Below are positions 1 to 8,280 of a stretch of 11,692 nt of DNA, piece by piece. The notes under the pieces were generated by a model. It made no database searches. It was not told the DNA's origin and saw only the letters and a program-made list of their open reading frames with translations. Position 1 is the stretch's first letter; every line of letters starts with the position of its first letter. Made by a program: the position numbers and the translations under genes. Source of the DNA: a virus (lineage: Monodnaviria > Loebvirae > Hofneiviricota > Faserviricetes > Tubulavirales > Inoviridae); IMG/VR virus record IMGVR_UViG_2563366980_000001; one strand, given 5' to 3'.

Positions 1-258
1 ATGCGCTTTGAAGGGAATGCTTCTACAAGGAAATCTATTCAACAACGTCTTAAGCAGGCTTCAGATGCACGAGCTCAGGAAGTCGCCGGTAGCGAAGTGC
101 TTTACTCCGGTGATGCCAACCTGACTGATGAACAGATCGCTAAATTACCTTTTGCGTTATATCGCCAGGGCTACGAGTACTACTGGAAAACCCACGCACA
201 CCCAAACATATTCAGAAGCGTGAGGGATATAGTGCCATCAAAGCGCTGGCTGCTGTAA
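1..258 (+). CDS. hypothetical protein (85 aa), chromosomal flank left of dif
   Basis: ATG at window position 1 and an uninterrupted 85-codon ORF ending in TAA at 256-258. Lies outside the Xer-site-bounded element. No motif recognised; coding status is not independently supported. Confidence 0.35.
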   Translation: MRFEGNASTRKSIQQRLKQASDARAQEVAGSEVLYSGDANLTDEQIAKLPFALYRQGYEYYWKTHAHPNIFRSVRDIVPSKRWLL

Positions 259-410
259 ACAACGCAATTATCCAACTCATGGTCTATGGTGTGCCATCAC
301 TGAACAGAGGTTGAATTTTTCTACCGAAACGGGAGGGAAGTCAGAAATCACAACGTATTGATTTATCTGTGTGTGGATGTGAATGGTGAAGTAAAGGACC
401 TTCACAGGCA

Positions 411-438
411 ATTTAACATAATATACATTATGCGCACC
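411..438 (-). other. dif: dif chromosome-dimer resolution site (XerC/XerD target); left boundary of integrated element
   Basis: Plus strand reads ATTTAACATAATATACATTATGCGCACC. Its reverse complement is GGTGCGCATAATGTATATTATGTTAAAT, an exact 28/28 match to the canonical E. coli dif (XerC arm, 6-bp central region, XerD arm). Confidence 0.9.
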
Positions 439-1309
439 AATGGTAAGGATGGCAGAATCTGGCGGGAATCGTTGACACTGGCCGTCAACTGGCTACTATC
501 GACAGTGATTCAAAATCATCCGTTTCTCCAAACGAATCAGAATCAAATGTCTGTCAGCAGTAAGTGAACGGCCTGACCTCACCAATCAGGCCTGTTCATC
601 CAGTTAGTTGGTAAATCTGTACCTGATACACGAGAATCAAACACCACTTCTTCAGTGCCATCACCATGATGCCGGATAATCTGGTAACCGGATTGCGGGT
701 TCTGGCTCTCAGCTTCATAAGCAGCCCGGAATGCTGGATCTTTGAGAAGCATCACTTTCAGCTCCTGATGTGTCATGAATTTTTCCATGATAAGCCCCGA
801 TGAATGCTGCCGCGCCGAATCAGCCATAACGCTGAAAATGGAAACTGTACGGCTTGGCCAACCCCGGACAGCAACAAAACAAGTTTTGTCACTGACCGGC
901 GTTATCTTTCAAAACAGACAGTTAACGATTTTTTGTCTGGTGTTTATGCGTGAAATTTCGTACGTACGAAATTCACCACCAATAAACAAACGGACGATGA
1001 CTGACCGGAAAAGCAATGCCGTCAGCATCATGACCACGCATTACCTGATTGAGAAGCCTTCTGACTTCACGGCGCTCAGGCCTGGTCATCATCATATTGC
1101 GATACCAGGACGGCGATTTATCAAACCATCTGGCACAACTGGCAAAATGTGAACCTACACGACGATAAGACTTAAGGCGGCCACCGGGAAGTCGGTCACG
1201 CGCCTTATTTTTTACAGACATAATAAATCCTCTAAGTAACTGAATACCTAGAAGATGTCGTACTGTTCATACCCCATAAAAGTTAACGCCATAATAAAAA
1301 TCCATACAA

Positions 1310-2554
1310 TCAGTTCAGGTTGTCCCGGAACAGTTCACCGCTCCTCGCGGCGCTGCGGGGCGTCGCCCTGCTCCGGTCAACCTTTCTGACCTGAAGCATC
1401 ACCATAATATCAGTCTTGTTGCTTTCACTGGTACGGGAACCGAAGAAGCTCCAGCCGGAACTGGCCTTACTGTCTTTCTGTTCAGCAAGGCCACCAAGTA
1501 AAATAATATCACCATCTGCAAGGCTGACTTCGGTTGTTACATCACGCTTGATAAGGGTTGGCGAGTTATTGACGCCGGTTTCAGTGGTCACAAAGTTGGA
1601 AAGCTGCTGCTGAATCTTGAGATCCATTGTCCGACTTTTGATTGATGGCGTTACGTTAAACAAAACACCGCTGGAACGATATTCAACGGATTGCGTGGTC
1701 GTATTGTTATTCACCGTAACACTGCCCAGTACTGGCACATCAGAGCCGACTGAAAAAGACGCTGAGGCATTATTTTTTACCCGCAGTCGTGGCGCACTGA
1801 CAACAGTAAAACGACTGTCGGTTTTAAGCAGATTGAAAATGGCATCAATGGAGCCGGTTCGAATATTGATAAAATTATCCAGTCCGGCAGCACCAACTGA
1901 AATATTGAATTTATCAGACAGAATTTTAGCCGCTAAAAGAATGCCGGAGCCGTCAGACTGCGAGGTCTGAACCTCAAAAACATAACCAGAAACAACCACT
2001 TCATCACTCATCGTATCCAGCGAAGTGACCAGTGTTTTCAGGATGGCGATATCCTCTTTCGTACCATAATAAACCAGAATATCACCGGTTCGATTGATGT
2101 AGTTGCTTGCCCCTGATGAACCTTTTAGCGAATCGTCAGAAATCACGGCTCCACTGTTATTGAAGGAGCCTGAAACGTAGCCGCCAAGAATATCAGACAG
2201 GTAGGCAACAGAACGGTACTGAGGCGTATAAGTCCATGTATAACGTGGCTTAACCGGCTCTTTCGGCGTATAGGGCGCGATAAAATCAACACCCTTTTTC
2301 GTCCATATTCGAATGTTCATATTGCCAAGATAACGGGTTACAAATTCCCGTTCATCAATATCAGGTGTTAACCTGAATGTAATCATTCGTTCATCATTAA
2401 CAAGCTGTGGATCTAGCATATACGGGACTTTAAGCACCTCACTATAAATAAGAGAAATAGCCTCCGGTAGCTTGACTTTATTTAATTCAAGCTCTGACCC
2501 TGCGAAAGCACATGAAGAAAATAGTAGCGTTAATGCGAGTAAAATCTTTTTCAT
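1310..2554 (-). CDS. pIV-like secretin (filamentous phage export channel), 414 aa
   Basis: N-terminal signal peptide MKKILLALTLLFSSCAFA. Size and position (last gene of the assembly module, directly after the pI-like gene with a TAATG stop/start overlap at 2554) match gene IV of Ff-type phages. SD-like GGGGAA lies upstream. C-terminal region is Gly/Ser/Val-rich as in secretin domains. Confidence 0.75.
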   Translation of the reverse strand: MKKILLALTLLFSSCAFAGSELELNKVKLPEAISLIYSEVLKVPYMLDPQLVNDERMITFRLTPDIDEREFVTRYLGNMNIRIWTKKGVDFIAPYTPKEPVKPRYTWTYTPQYRSVAYLSDILGGYVSGSFNNSGAVISDDSLKGSSGASNYINRTGDILVYYGTKEDIAILKTLVTSLDTMSDEVVVSGYVFEVQTSQSDGSGILLAAKILSDKFNISVGAAGLDNFINIRTGSIDAIFNLLKTDSRFTVVSAPRLRVKNNASASFSVGSDVPVLGSVTVNNNTTTQSVEYRSSGVLFNVTPSIKSRTMDLKIQQQLSNFVTTETGVNNSPTLIKRDVTTEVSLADGDIILLGGLAEQKDSKASSGWSFFGSRTSESNKTDIMVMLQVRKVDRSRATPRSAARSGELFRDNLN

Positions 2555-3579
2555 TATTTTTTCCCCGTATAAAGCGTCACACGCTCACCATCAATAATTC
2601 CGCTCATCAACATCCCTTTGTAATTAAAACTGGATGCAGGAACGGCACGCAAAACACCGGCACCGTTAACAAGAATCACAAACGCCCTGCCTTCACTGGT
2701 CATTCTCCCTGATATACGCCACTCGGTTGAAAGTGGCGGTTCAGCTGGTTCTGAGGGAGTATCTGGTGCTGGAGTAGCAGCGGAAGAACGAAACATGGCC
2801 GCATCACGTACATCTGTTGTAGCCAAATCTGGCGAGGGATCGCTTCGGCCAAACGTGCTGAAAAATGAGTAAATCAGCCAGCCTGACCCGATAAACATCA
2901 ATGGAAAAAGCACAAGAAAGAACCTGACTTTGCCAGAATTCCAGATGCTCTGGCGTTTATCTGTCTGCTTTTCATTACCGTTATTTCCTTCATAGCTTTT
3001 ATAAAGTTCAAAAATATCAGGGTTATATTTATTGCGATAACTGGTGACGAGGTTGCTTTTATAGATTTTGTGGCCTGAATATACGTCAATGCAGTAATGA
3101 TTATTCAGGCCCAACGCTTTCAGCTTGCGCATCCGGTAAGTTGTTTCTATTTTGTCTTTCAGAAAGCGAGCAATATTAGAAAGTGACTGATTTACAATAA
3201 CCAAATCACAGCTAATACCCGTTTCAGGGTGCGTAAAATGACGATGTTCAGCAATAAATGATTTCTTCTCAGCCGTCATATCCTTATCGCTACCGAAGAT
3301 TCTCCATGCTTCATCAATAACAATTAAATCACCAAACTGGCAAAAGCTCCCTTCCCCACCTTTAAAAGGAAAGAAATCTGTTTTAAGCACATCATCATTA
3401 TCCACAACAATAATTTCTCCCGTTGCATCAGGATAACGTTCGGTGATTTTATCTTTTTGTAAACCATAAATGTTCGTCACAACTCTCCGGCCGCTGGTAA
3501 ATGCAGGAATAATGACATTGCAAACGGCTTCATAACTTTTTCCTGAGCCGGGTATGCCAATATATGCAGAAATAGCCAT
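2554..3579 (-). CDS. pI / Zot-like phage assembly NTPase, 341 aa
   Basis: N-terminal Walker A motif GIPGSGKS at residues 8-15 (MAISAYIGIPGSGKSYEAV), typical of gene I and Zot proteins. Internal hydrophobic segment FFLVLFPLMFIGSGWLIYSFF consistent with the single transmembrane helix of pI. SD-like GGGTGAG upstream of ATG. Confidence 0.85.
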   Translation of the reverse strand: MAISAYIGIPGSGKSYEAVCNVIIPAFTSGRRVVTNIYGLQKDKITERYPDATGEIIVVDNDDVLKTDFFPFKGGEGSFCQFGDLIVIDEAWRIFGSDKDMTAEKKSFIAEHRHFTHPETGISCDLVIVNQSLSNIARFLKDKIETTYRMRKLKALGLNNHYCIDVYSGHKIYKSNLVTSYRNKYNPDIFELYKSYEGNNGNEKQTDKRQSIWNSGKVRFFLVLFPLMFIGSGWLIYSFFSTFGRSDPSPDLATTDVRDAAMFRSSAATPAPDTPSEPAEPPLSTEWRISGRMTSEGRAFVILVNGAGVLRAVPASSFNYKGMLMSGIIDGERVTLYTGKK

Positions 3580-3582
3580 AAC

Positions 3583-3870
3583 TCACCCTATAACAGGAAT
3601 ACGTCGAATAATAAAACGAGTAGCCATTGCGGAGATAATCATACTAATCCCCTGTGGTAATTTACTCAGATTAATGAAGTACCAGAATCCGTCTGATAAA
3701 TTGGCAAACAGCGATGAGAGATTGCTTGAATCTGGCAGTAACTCAACAAGGATTTCAACGAAGCCCTGGACTACAAAATACAGCGCAAAGAATACGACGA
3801 ATTTAATAATCAATGACCGGAATACAAAACCTAACAAAGTATTTAATGCACTAATCAGAATCCCAAACAT
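3583..3870 (-). CDS. pVI-like minor coat / membrane protein, 95 aa
   Basis: Highly hydrophobic 95-aa product. Sits between the pIII-like and pI-like genes as gene VI does in Ff phages. AAGGAG SD 8 nt upstream of ATG. Confidence 0.6.
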   Translation of the reverse strand: MFGILISALNTLLGFVFRSLIIKFVVFFALYFVVQGFVEILVELLPDSSNLSSLFANLSDGFWYFINLSKLPQGISMIISAMATRFIIRRIPVIG

Positions 3871-3882
3871 AGTTGCACTCCT

Positions 3883-5595
3883 TTAGGCACTCAGAATAAT
3901 ACGGAGCGCAACAAATCCCCATATAATCAGAAATATGGTTTCTACGGCGCCTCTGTTCTGCTCAATTAACGGACAATGGGAGTCAATTCTGTACTGGTGA
4001 TTAAACACGCTGAATTCAACAACGGGGCAGGATGCTGAACGAGAGCCGATGTTAAATTCGTTTGTAAAAGGCAACAAGTTAATAATTGGCGTTAAAATAT
4101 CTCTTGCCGTTGGCGTTTCTTCAAGCTCAGGCTCTTTTACACCGGGATCTTCTCCCAAAGCTATATTGCCATTATTTCCAGTGTCAGACCCTGAGTTGTT
4201 ATTAATGGTAATATCAATATTGACGTCAGCCCCTGCACTGTCAGATACAGGTGAAAGCATATCTAATAACGTTGGAGATAGCCTAAGTTCCGACATCGCA
4301 GAAGTTACTTCAGCCGGTGAAACCTCTTTAAACGGTAAGCCGTTATAATCGGCATTAACGGCAGCTTCAGACCACAGCTCGTTAATCATGTCGGCAAGAA
4401 GTGCTGGCGATACACTAACACTATCAAGATACTCCAGATAATCAATCATGGACTCAATATTTCCGGCCTCCAGTACTTCCGTCATGGCTTTATATTTGGT
4501 ATTGGTCCAGATAGTAAGCTCACTCTTTTCATCAATATCTTTTGCGGTGTAATCCTCTTTTTCAGGAACGGCGCAAATCGTCGAATATCCACCATTTGAC
4601 TGATTAGTCGTTTTACAAGGCGTGTTGTGATACTGATATTGCTTGCCTGCTGTTAAATAAGCAACGCTGTAATACATGGGAAGCCCTGCTACATTTTCAT
4701 ACATGGGAATACCTGCGGGAAATGAAGATGCGGACGGGTTGCTATACAAGTGTGTAATCTCAGGTATTTCATAAAATGAGGAAGGATAAGTAAACTTATA
4801 ATTATGTTCAGTAAAGGATACATCTCCATTACTGTTGACAACTTTATTCGTCACAGTGCGTTCAAAATTCGTTAGTGTTTCAGTATAAGTACGCGAGTTA
4901 TAGTCATTAAGATAATTTCTGGCAATTTCAGTTGGATTATCACCATAGTAATAAATTAGCTCTTTCGAATCCTGATAATAATAAAGCGCATTATCTGGCG
5001 TGGAATATCCTGTTTCAACACCTACAACTGGAGAACCCGCATCCACATTATTACGACTAACATGAAGGATTACCGGACTTAATTCCTGTGGTTCAAAATT
5101 AACGGTTATCGTCTTACTTTCACCACTTTGACCACTGTACGTTACTTCATATAAATTATCGGAAATCTTTTTACCGTTAGTCATTACCATTACCGAGCCG
5201 TCAGATGAACTCAAAGAAGACGGAACAAAAGATGATACAGCAGCAGCAATACCCGCCCACGTTGCAACACCGCTCATTTTGTATGATGAGGCAGCAGGCA
5301 AGTATTCGGCAGCATTAGCCGCAGCGCGGCCAACAAAAACACGGGTTGCTGTAAGCTGTGATGCCGTATAAATCGCATCATTGGCAGCAAAGCGACGAAC
5401 AAGCACCCGGCCAACGACTTTAGGAATAACAGCCCGCGCAGCCACTGCTGCAATTGCTGGTACAAATGAATATGAATATCGGGGAAAGGAAACCCAGAGA
5501 AAGGAAAAAATAAAGGAATAAACCGTCAGCCTCTTAGCCCAAGAATAACGACATAAGCTGAGACGATCCCCCATAAAAGGGAACCCAATTTCCAT
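3883..5595 (-). CDS. pIII-like adsorption / minor coat protein, 570 aa (start uncertain)
   Basis: Largest ORF of the structural module, directly after the major coat gene and its terminator. Tyr/Asn/Ser-rich central region, Gly/Ser/Asn linker-like stretches and a C-terminal hydrophobic anchor (ETIFLIIWGFVALRIILSA) as in pIII C-domains. GGAGA SD 7-9 nt upstream of ATG at 5595. The first ~106 residues are atypical, and a signal-peptide-like segment begins at the internal Met (codon 107, near 5277). Confidence 0.65.
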   Translation of the reverse strand: MEIGFPFMGDRLSLCRYSWAKRLTVYSFIFSFLWVSFPRYSYSFVPAIAAVAARAVIPKVVGRVLVRRFAANDAIYTASQLTATRVFVGRAAANAAEYLPAASSYKMSGVATWAGIAAAVSSFVPSSLSSSDGSVMVMTNGKKISDNLYEVTYSGQSGESKTITVNFEPQELSPVILHVSRNNVDAGSPVVGVETGYSTPDNALYYYQDSKELIYYYGDNPTEIARNYLNDYNSRTYTETLTNFERTVTNKVVNSNGDVSFTEHNYKFTYPSSFYEIPEITHLYSNPSASSFPAGIPMYENVAGLPMYYSVAYLTAGKQYQYHNTPCKTTNQSNGGYSTICAVPEKEDYTAKDIDEKSELTIWTNTKYKAMTEVLEAGNIESMIDYLEYLDSVSVSPALLADMINELWSEAAVNADYNGLPFKEVSPAEVTSAMSELRLSPTLLDMLSPVSDSAGADVNIDITINNNSGSDTGNNGNIALGEDPGVKEPELEETPTARDILTPIINLLPFTNEFNIGSRSASCPVVEFSVFNHQYRIDSHCPLIEQNRGAVETIFLIIWGFVALRIILSA

Positions 5596-5620
5596 AATTC
5601 AATCTCCATAATAACCTCAA

Positions 5621-5646
5621 GTAAAACGGGCGATATTGCATCGCCC
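5621..5646 (-). terminator. Rho-independent terminator after the major coat gene
   Basis: On the minus strand: GGGCGAT-GCAAT-ATCGCCC (7-bp perfect stem, 5-nt loop) followed by GTTTTAC. Lies 14 nt downstream of the coat gene stop, analogous to the strong terminator after gene VIII in Ff phages. Confidence 0.6.
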
Positions 5647-5659
5647 ATGAATAATGAAT

Positions 5660-5893
5660 TTATGCGGATTTAACGGTACGCAATACCCAGCGAACGCCAG
5701 CGACACCGGCATAAAGTGTTACCAGTGAAGCAGCAACGGCCATAATCGCAACCAGAACTGTACTGAAATCAATGCTGTTCGTCAGCGGCGATAAATCAAC
5801 ACCACTTGATGCCGCTCCTTCTGCAGCGAAAGTCGCGCCAGAAACAGCCATTAATGCAGGTACAGCCAGAAAACTAACGATTTTTTTAAACAT
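5660..5893 (-). CDS. pVIII-like major coat protein precursor, 77 aa
   Basis: Classic architecture: signal peptide MFKKIVSFLAVPALMAVSGATFA, acidic N-terminus of the mature part (AEGAASSGVDLS), hydrophobic core, basic C-terminus (RWVLRTVKSA). GGAGA SD upstream. Confidence 0.8.
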   Translation of the reverse strand: MFKKIVSFLAVPALMAVSGATFAAEGAASSGVDLSPLTNSIDFSTVLVAIMAVAASLVTLYAGVAGVRWVLRTVKSA

Positions 5894-5927
5894 AACTCTA
5901 TCTCCATTACATTTTAAAGGTTCGCAT

Positions 5928-6179
5928 TCAAGCAGTACGAACCATCTTTATTACCTGTCCCACACCTACAGAAAAAAGCCAGAGCAGCAGGACAGAGCCA
6001 AAACCTAATGTCCAGTAATTTCCCATTGCAGAATAATCAATTTGATGAAATGGTTCAGAACGTACCATTATTGCCTGACATTCTTTTGCATTGTTCGCAT
6101 TACATAAATAACCTTCAATACGGTAACCATTTTCAGGAATATGATTATCAAACTGAATATCGAAACCTGATGTATCCAT
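5928..6179 (-). CDS. small hypothetical protein with C-terminal transmembrane helix (possible minor coat protein), 83 aa
   Basis: Tightly packed between the ssDNA-binding and coat genes (start 6179, upstream stop 6182-6184). AAGG SD-like upstream. C-terminal hydrophobic helix WTLGFGSVLLLWLFSVGVGQVI. Function inferred from position only. Confidence 0.45.
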   Translation of the reverse strand: MDTSGFDIQFDNHIPENGYRIEGYLCNANNAKECQAIMVRSEPFHQIDYSAMGNYWTLGFGSVLLLWLFSVGVGQVIKMVRTA

Positions 6180-6181
6180 AA

Positions 6182-6499
6182 TCAGCCTTTTATTTCAGTA
6201 ATGCCGCCATCTGATGAAATGTTATAAGTTACTCCTTCCCTCCCCTCCATTGACCAGACGCGAACATATACAGGTATCTGGACTAACTTACCGATAAAAT
6301 TATTTGCCTGATTCATTACACCGGCATTAACAAGAGCCTGAGATACACGAATAATAATCTGGTCTTGCTTAGTGCCACCAAAACCATCAGGAATCTCTAA
6401 GCCAACACCAATTTCATTATAGTATCCCTGACCATTGACCTTATTACGCTGGCGAGCACCAAGCATTTTACCTTTTACAAAAAGACCATAATTAGACAT
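6182..6499 (-). CDS. pV-like ssDNA-binding protein (putative), 105 aa
   Basis: Immediately downstream of the replication gene with a strong SD (AAAGGAGAGTGATAT-ATG). Small Gly-rich basic protein at the position occupied by gene V or RstB in filamentous phages. Functional call is positional. Confidence 0.55.
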   Translation of the reverse strand: MSNYGLFVKGKMLGARQRNKVNGQGYYNEIGVGLEIPDGFGGTKQDQIIIRVSQALVNAGVMNQANNFIGKLVQIPVYVRVWSMEGREGVTYNISSDGGITEIKG

Positions 6500-6510
6500 A
6501 TCACTCTCCT

Positions 6511-7563
6511 TTAATGCCAGTTACTGGCATGTGAAATACGGTTATAATCGAAAATTAAACCTTTCTCATAAACCCATGATGGAATTTTGGCTGGTTTGGC
6601 TTCAAGAGTACGAACCAACGGAACAACGTTATTAGAATCCGGTGACTCACAATAAAAGTTAATATCTATTCCGAAAGAAAGTAATTCTTTACGGTGTCGG
6701 TAGAATGTAGGTTTCGGTAACATCTCTTTCATGTTCGCGCCCTGCTTCCACAATAAATATGTAGACTGTATTTTTCTTGGGAGATTAATTATTTTTTCAT
6801 CAGTTAATATGGTATTTTGATTCATTTCTATTCTCCCTACATAGTCAGAGAATAATTTATTGGGCGTCTCAATATTCCAGCTATTACCAAGCGTAAGATT
6901 CAAATCAATTAATTCAGTTGTTCTTAATGTTAATTCAATGCGTAATTTATCTTTTGACCAGTCCAGTAAACCAGCTTTAACGAATTCGTCTGCCATCTGG
7001 TGCCCTTTTTTGCCAGATGTATGCTCATCATATTTTGAATAAAATTTCAGGCTCCAACGACGGGAGTTTTTCCCTAAGTAAACAGTGCCACCTTTACCAC
7101 AGGCGCGACCGTGGCGAGTTTTAGCTTTAAATTCTGCGGCATATAACCATGCGCGGACATTTTCTAATGTTGACAATGAATACATGTAATTGATATCGAT
7201 GCGCGAGATCTTAAATTGCCCTTCCATGACCTGCCGATAGGATGGTAGATCATGAGGAATATGCAGTAATGCCAATATTCTGGCGTAAGCTGTTAACACC
7301 AACCCTTGCAAATCGTCGGAACCGATAACAGAGTGACCTTGCAAAAACTTTGATGGATTACCGTCAATGTAGAGATGTGTTGCCCGACCTTCACCATCAG
7401 ATCCAACAGACCTTACTTTCATTGTGGACTCATGCGAACCGCGAACTGTCAACCGTTTTACTGTTTCCCACTCCACTGCACCGTCAGCATTGACGCTGAC
7501 GACACTACCAGCCGGTAACGGTCGGTGTGTGCAAGGCAGGATTCCGGTAAACCAGTCGATCAT
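6511..7563 (-). CDS. Rolling-circle replication initiation protein (pII / RstA-like), 350 aa
   Basis: First gene of the minus-strand phage operon, divergent from the repressor gene. Size and position match filamentous-phage replication initiators. Family assignment from gene order and overall character, not a verified motif. Confidence 0.7.
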   Translation of the reverse strand: MIDWFTGILPCTHRPLPAGSVVSVNADGAVEWETVKRLTVRGSHESTMKVRSVGSDGEGRATHLYIDGNPSKFLQGHSVIGSDDLQGLVLTAYARILALLHIPHDLPSYRQVMEGQFKISRIDINYMYSLSTLENVRAWLYAAEFKAKTRHGRACGKGGTVYLGKNSRRWSLKFYSKYDEHTSGKKGHQMADEFVKAGLLDWSKDKLRIELTLRTTELIDLNLTLGNSWNIETPNKLFSDYVGRIEMNQNTILTDEKIINLPRKIQSTYLLWKQGANMKEMLPKPTFYRHRKELLSFGIDINFYCESPDSNNVVPLVRTLEAKPAKIPSWVYEKGLIFDYNRISHASNWH

Positions 7564-7734
7564 AAGTAGTCACACCCATCAAAATATGTGTCAATAGTCA
7601 TTTGTGAGCAGATTGAATGGTCACAATGTAATATGCTCAGATCTGACAGTCAATACATTTGCAATGTTTAAATTGTCAGAAATGAGCATCAAATCTAACT
7701 ATTGAAAAACCACTGTTAAGATGGAGCCAAGTAG
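7564..7734. promoter_or_regulatory. Divergent promoter/operator region between replication gene and repressor gene
   Basis: 171-bp AT-rich intergenic region between divergent start codons. Contains the perfect palindrome TCAGATCTGA (7637-7646), TGTGA-N12-TCACA (7604-7625), direct repeats of GTCAATA (7590-7596, 7649-7655) and repeated TGAGCA/TGCTCA half-sites (7605-7610, 7633-7638, 7683-7688). GGAG SD at 7723-7726 precedes the repressor ATG. Confidence 0.55.
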
Positions 7735-8181
7735 ATGGGCAACAATGAGCATGAAGTTATGGCGGACAAACAGAGAGCAGAACGTATCAAAAAGGTAATT
7801 CTGGAACACTCGACTTATGAAGAACTGGCCGAGAAGACTGGCATTAGCGTGAGTACGCTGGTCAGGATAGCGTCCGGCAAAACTGAACCTAAATTCAGTG
7901 ACATCATTCAGATAGCTAAAATTACTGGTGCAGACTTAAACACCTTAGCTTATGGCTATGCTCTTGATGTTAAAGAAGAAGCTACCGAGCGGAAGCTAAT
8001 CACTTCTGCGGATGGATATACTGATGAAGAAACCACTAACGCACATAATTTCATCGTGTGGAACATCAGGACACTGGAAAAACAAGATATTCTGGCACTC
8101 GCAAGGCAGGTTTCTGCCTTAAGTTCATACACTTACAGTACTAAAATGTTTATGAAAAAAGCGGTGTCTGGAGAAGAGTAA
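7735..8181 (+). CDS. XRE-family helix-turn-helix transcriptional regulator (putative prophage repressor), 148 aa
   Basis: HTH signature TYEELAEKTGISVSTLVRIASGK near the N-terminus. Divergent from the replication gene, as rstR is from rstA in CTXphi-type phages. SD GGAG 8 nt upstream. An alternative start at the internal Met (codon 9) is possible. Confidence 0.85.
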   Translation: MGNNEHEVMADKQRAERIKKVILEHSTYEELAEKTGISVSTLVRIASGKTEPKFSDIIQIAKITGADLNTLAYGYALDVKEEATERKLITSADGYTDEETTNAHNFIVWNIRTLEKQDILALARQVSALSSYTYSTKMFMKKAVSGEE

Positions 8182-8192
8182 AAGGATTAACA

Positions 8193-8245
8193 GTCTCAGG
8201 AATGAGACAAACGTGCAGTATTACCAACACTGCACGTTCTTTATT
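8193..8245 (+). terminator. Tandem hairpins after the repressor gene, the second a rho-independent terminator
   Basis: GTCTCA-GGAA-TGAGAC (8193-8208), then ACGTGCAGT-ATTACCAAC-ACTGCACGT (9-bp perfect stem, 8211-8237) followed by TCTTTATT. Confidence 0.6.
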
Positions 8246-8280
8246 GCGCGAATTTTGAACAGTGAAAAAGGATCAAAAGG

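Noticed and set aside
385-404. Short inverted repeat GTGAAG-N8-CTTCAC just left of dif
   Set aside because: A 6-bp stem with no flanking T-tract or associated ORF end is common by chance. No basis for a functional call.
358-567. 69-aa plus-strand ORF spanning the dif site
   Set aside because: It runs straight across the 28-bp dif and the prophage junction. The junction was created by integration, so a functional gene spanning it is unlikely.
579-1152. Overlapping ORFs 579-827 (-) and 775-1152 (+) as possible genes
   Set aside because: They are mutually exclusive and neither has a convincing SD or recognisable domain. I left them unannotated and discuss the region in the findings.
973-1221. 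82-aa minus-strand ORF downstream of pIV
   Set aside because: Extremely Arg-rich, low-complexity product (ARDRLPGGRLKSYRRVG..., ERREVRRLL) with no SD. It overlaps a terminator-like hairpin and looks like a chance ORF in GC-richer DNA.
1416-7042. ORFs antisense to or out of frame with the phage structural and replication genes (1416-1613, 1617-1970, 2512-2712, 2898-3089, 3554-3886, 4049-4348, 5274-5465, 5772-6008, 6860-7042)
   Set aside because: Each is fully embedded in a longer, better-supported phage gene that has an SD and recognisable protein features. Their products are low-complexity or implausible.
7604-7625. Possible CRP/CAP binding site (TGTGA...TCACA)
   Set aside because: The half-sites are separated by 12 bp, not the 6 bp of the CRP consensus. 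It is more likely a phage repressor operator or coincidental symmetry.
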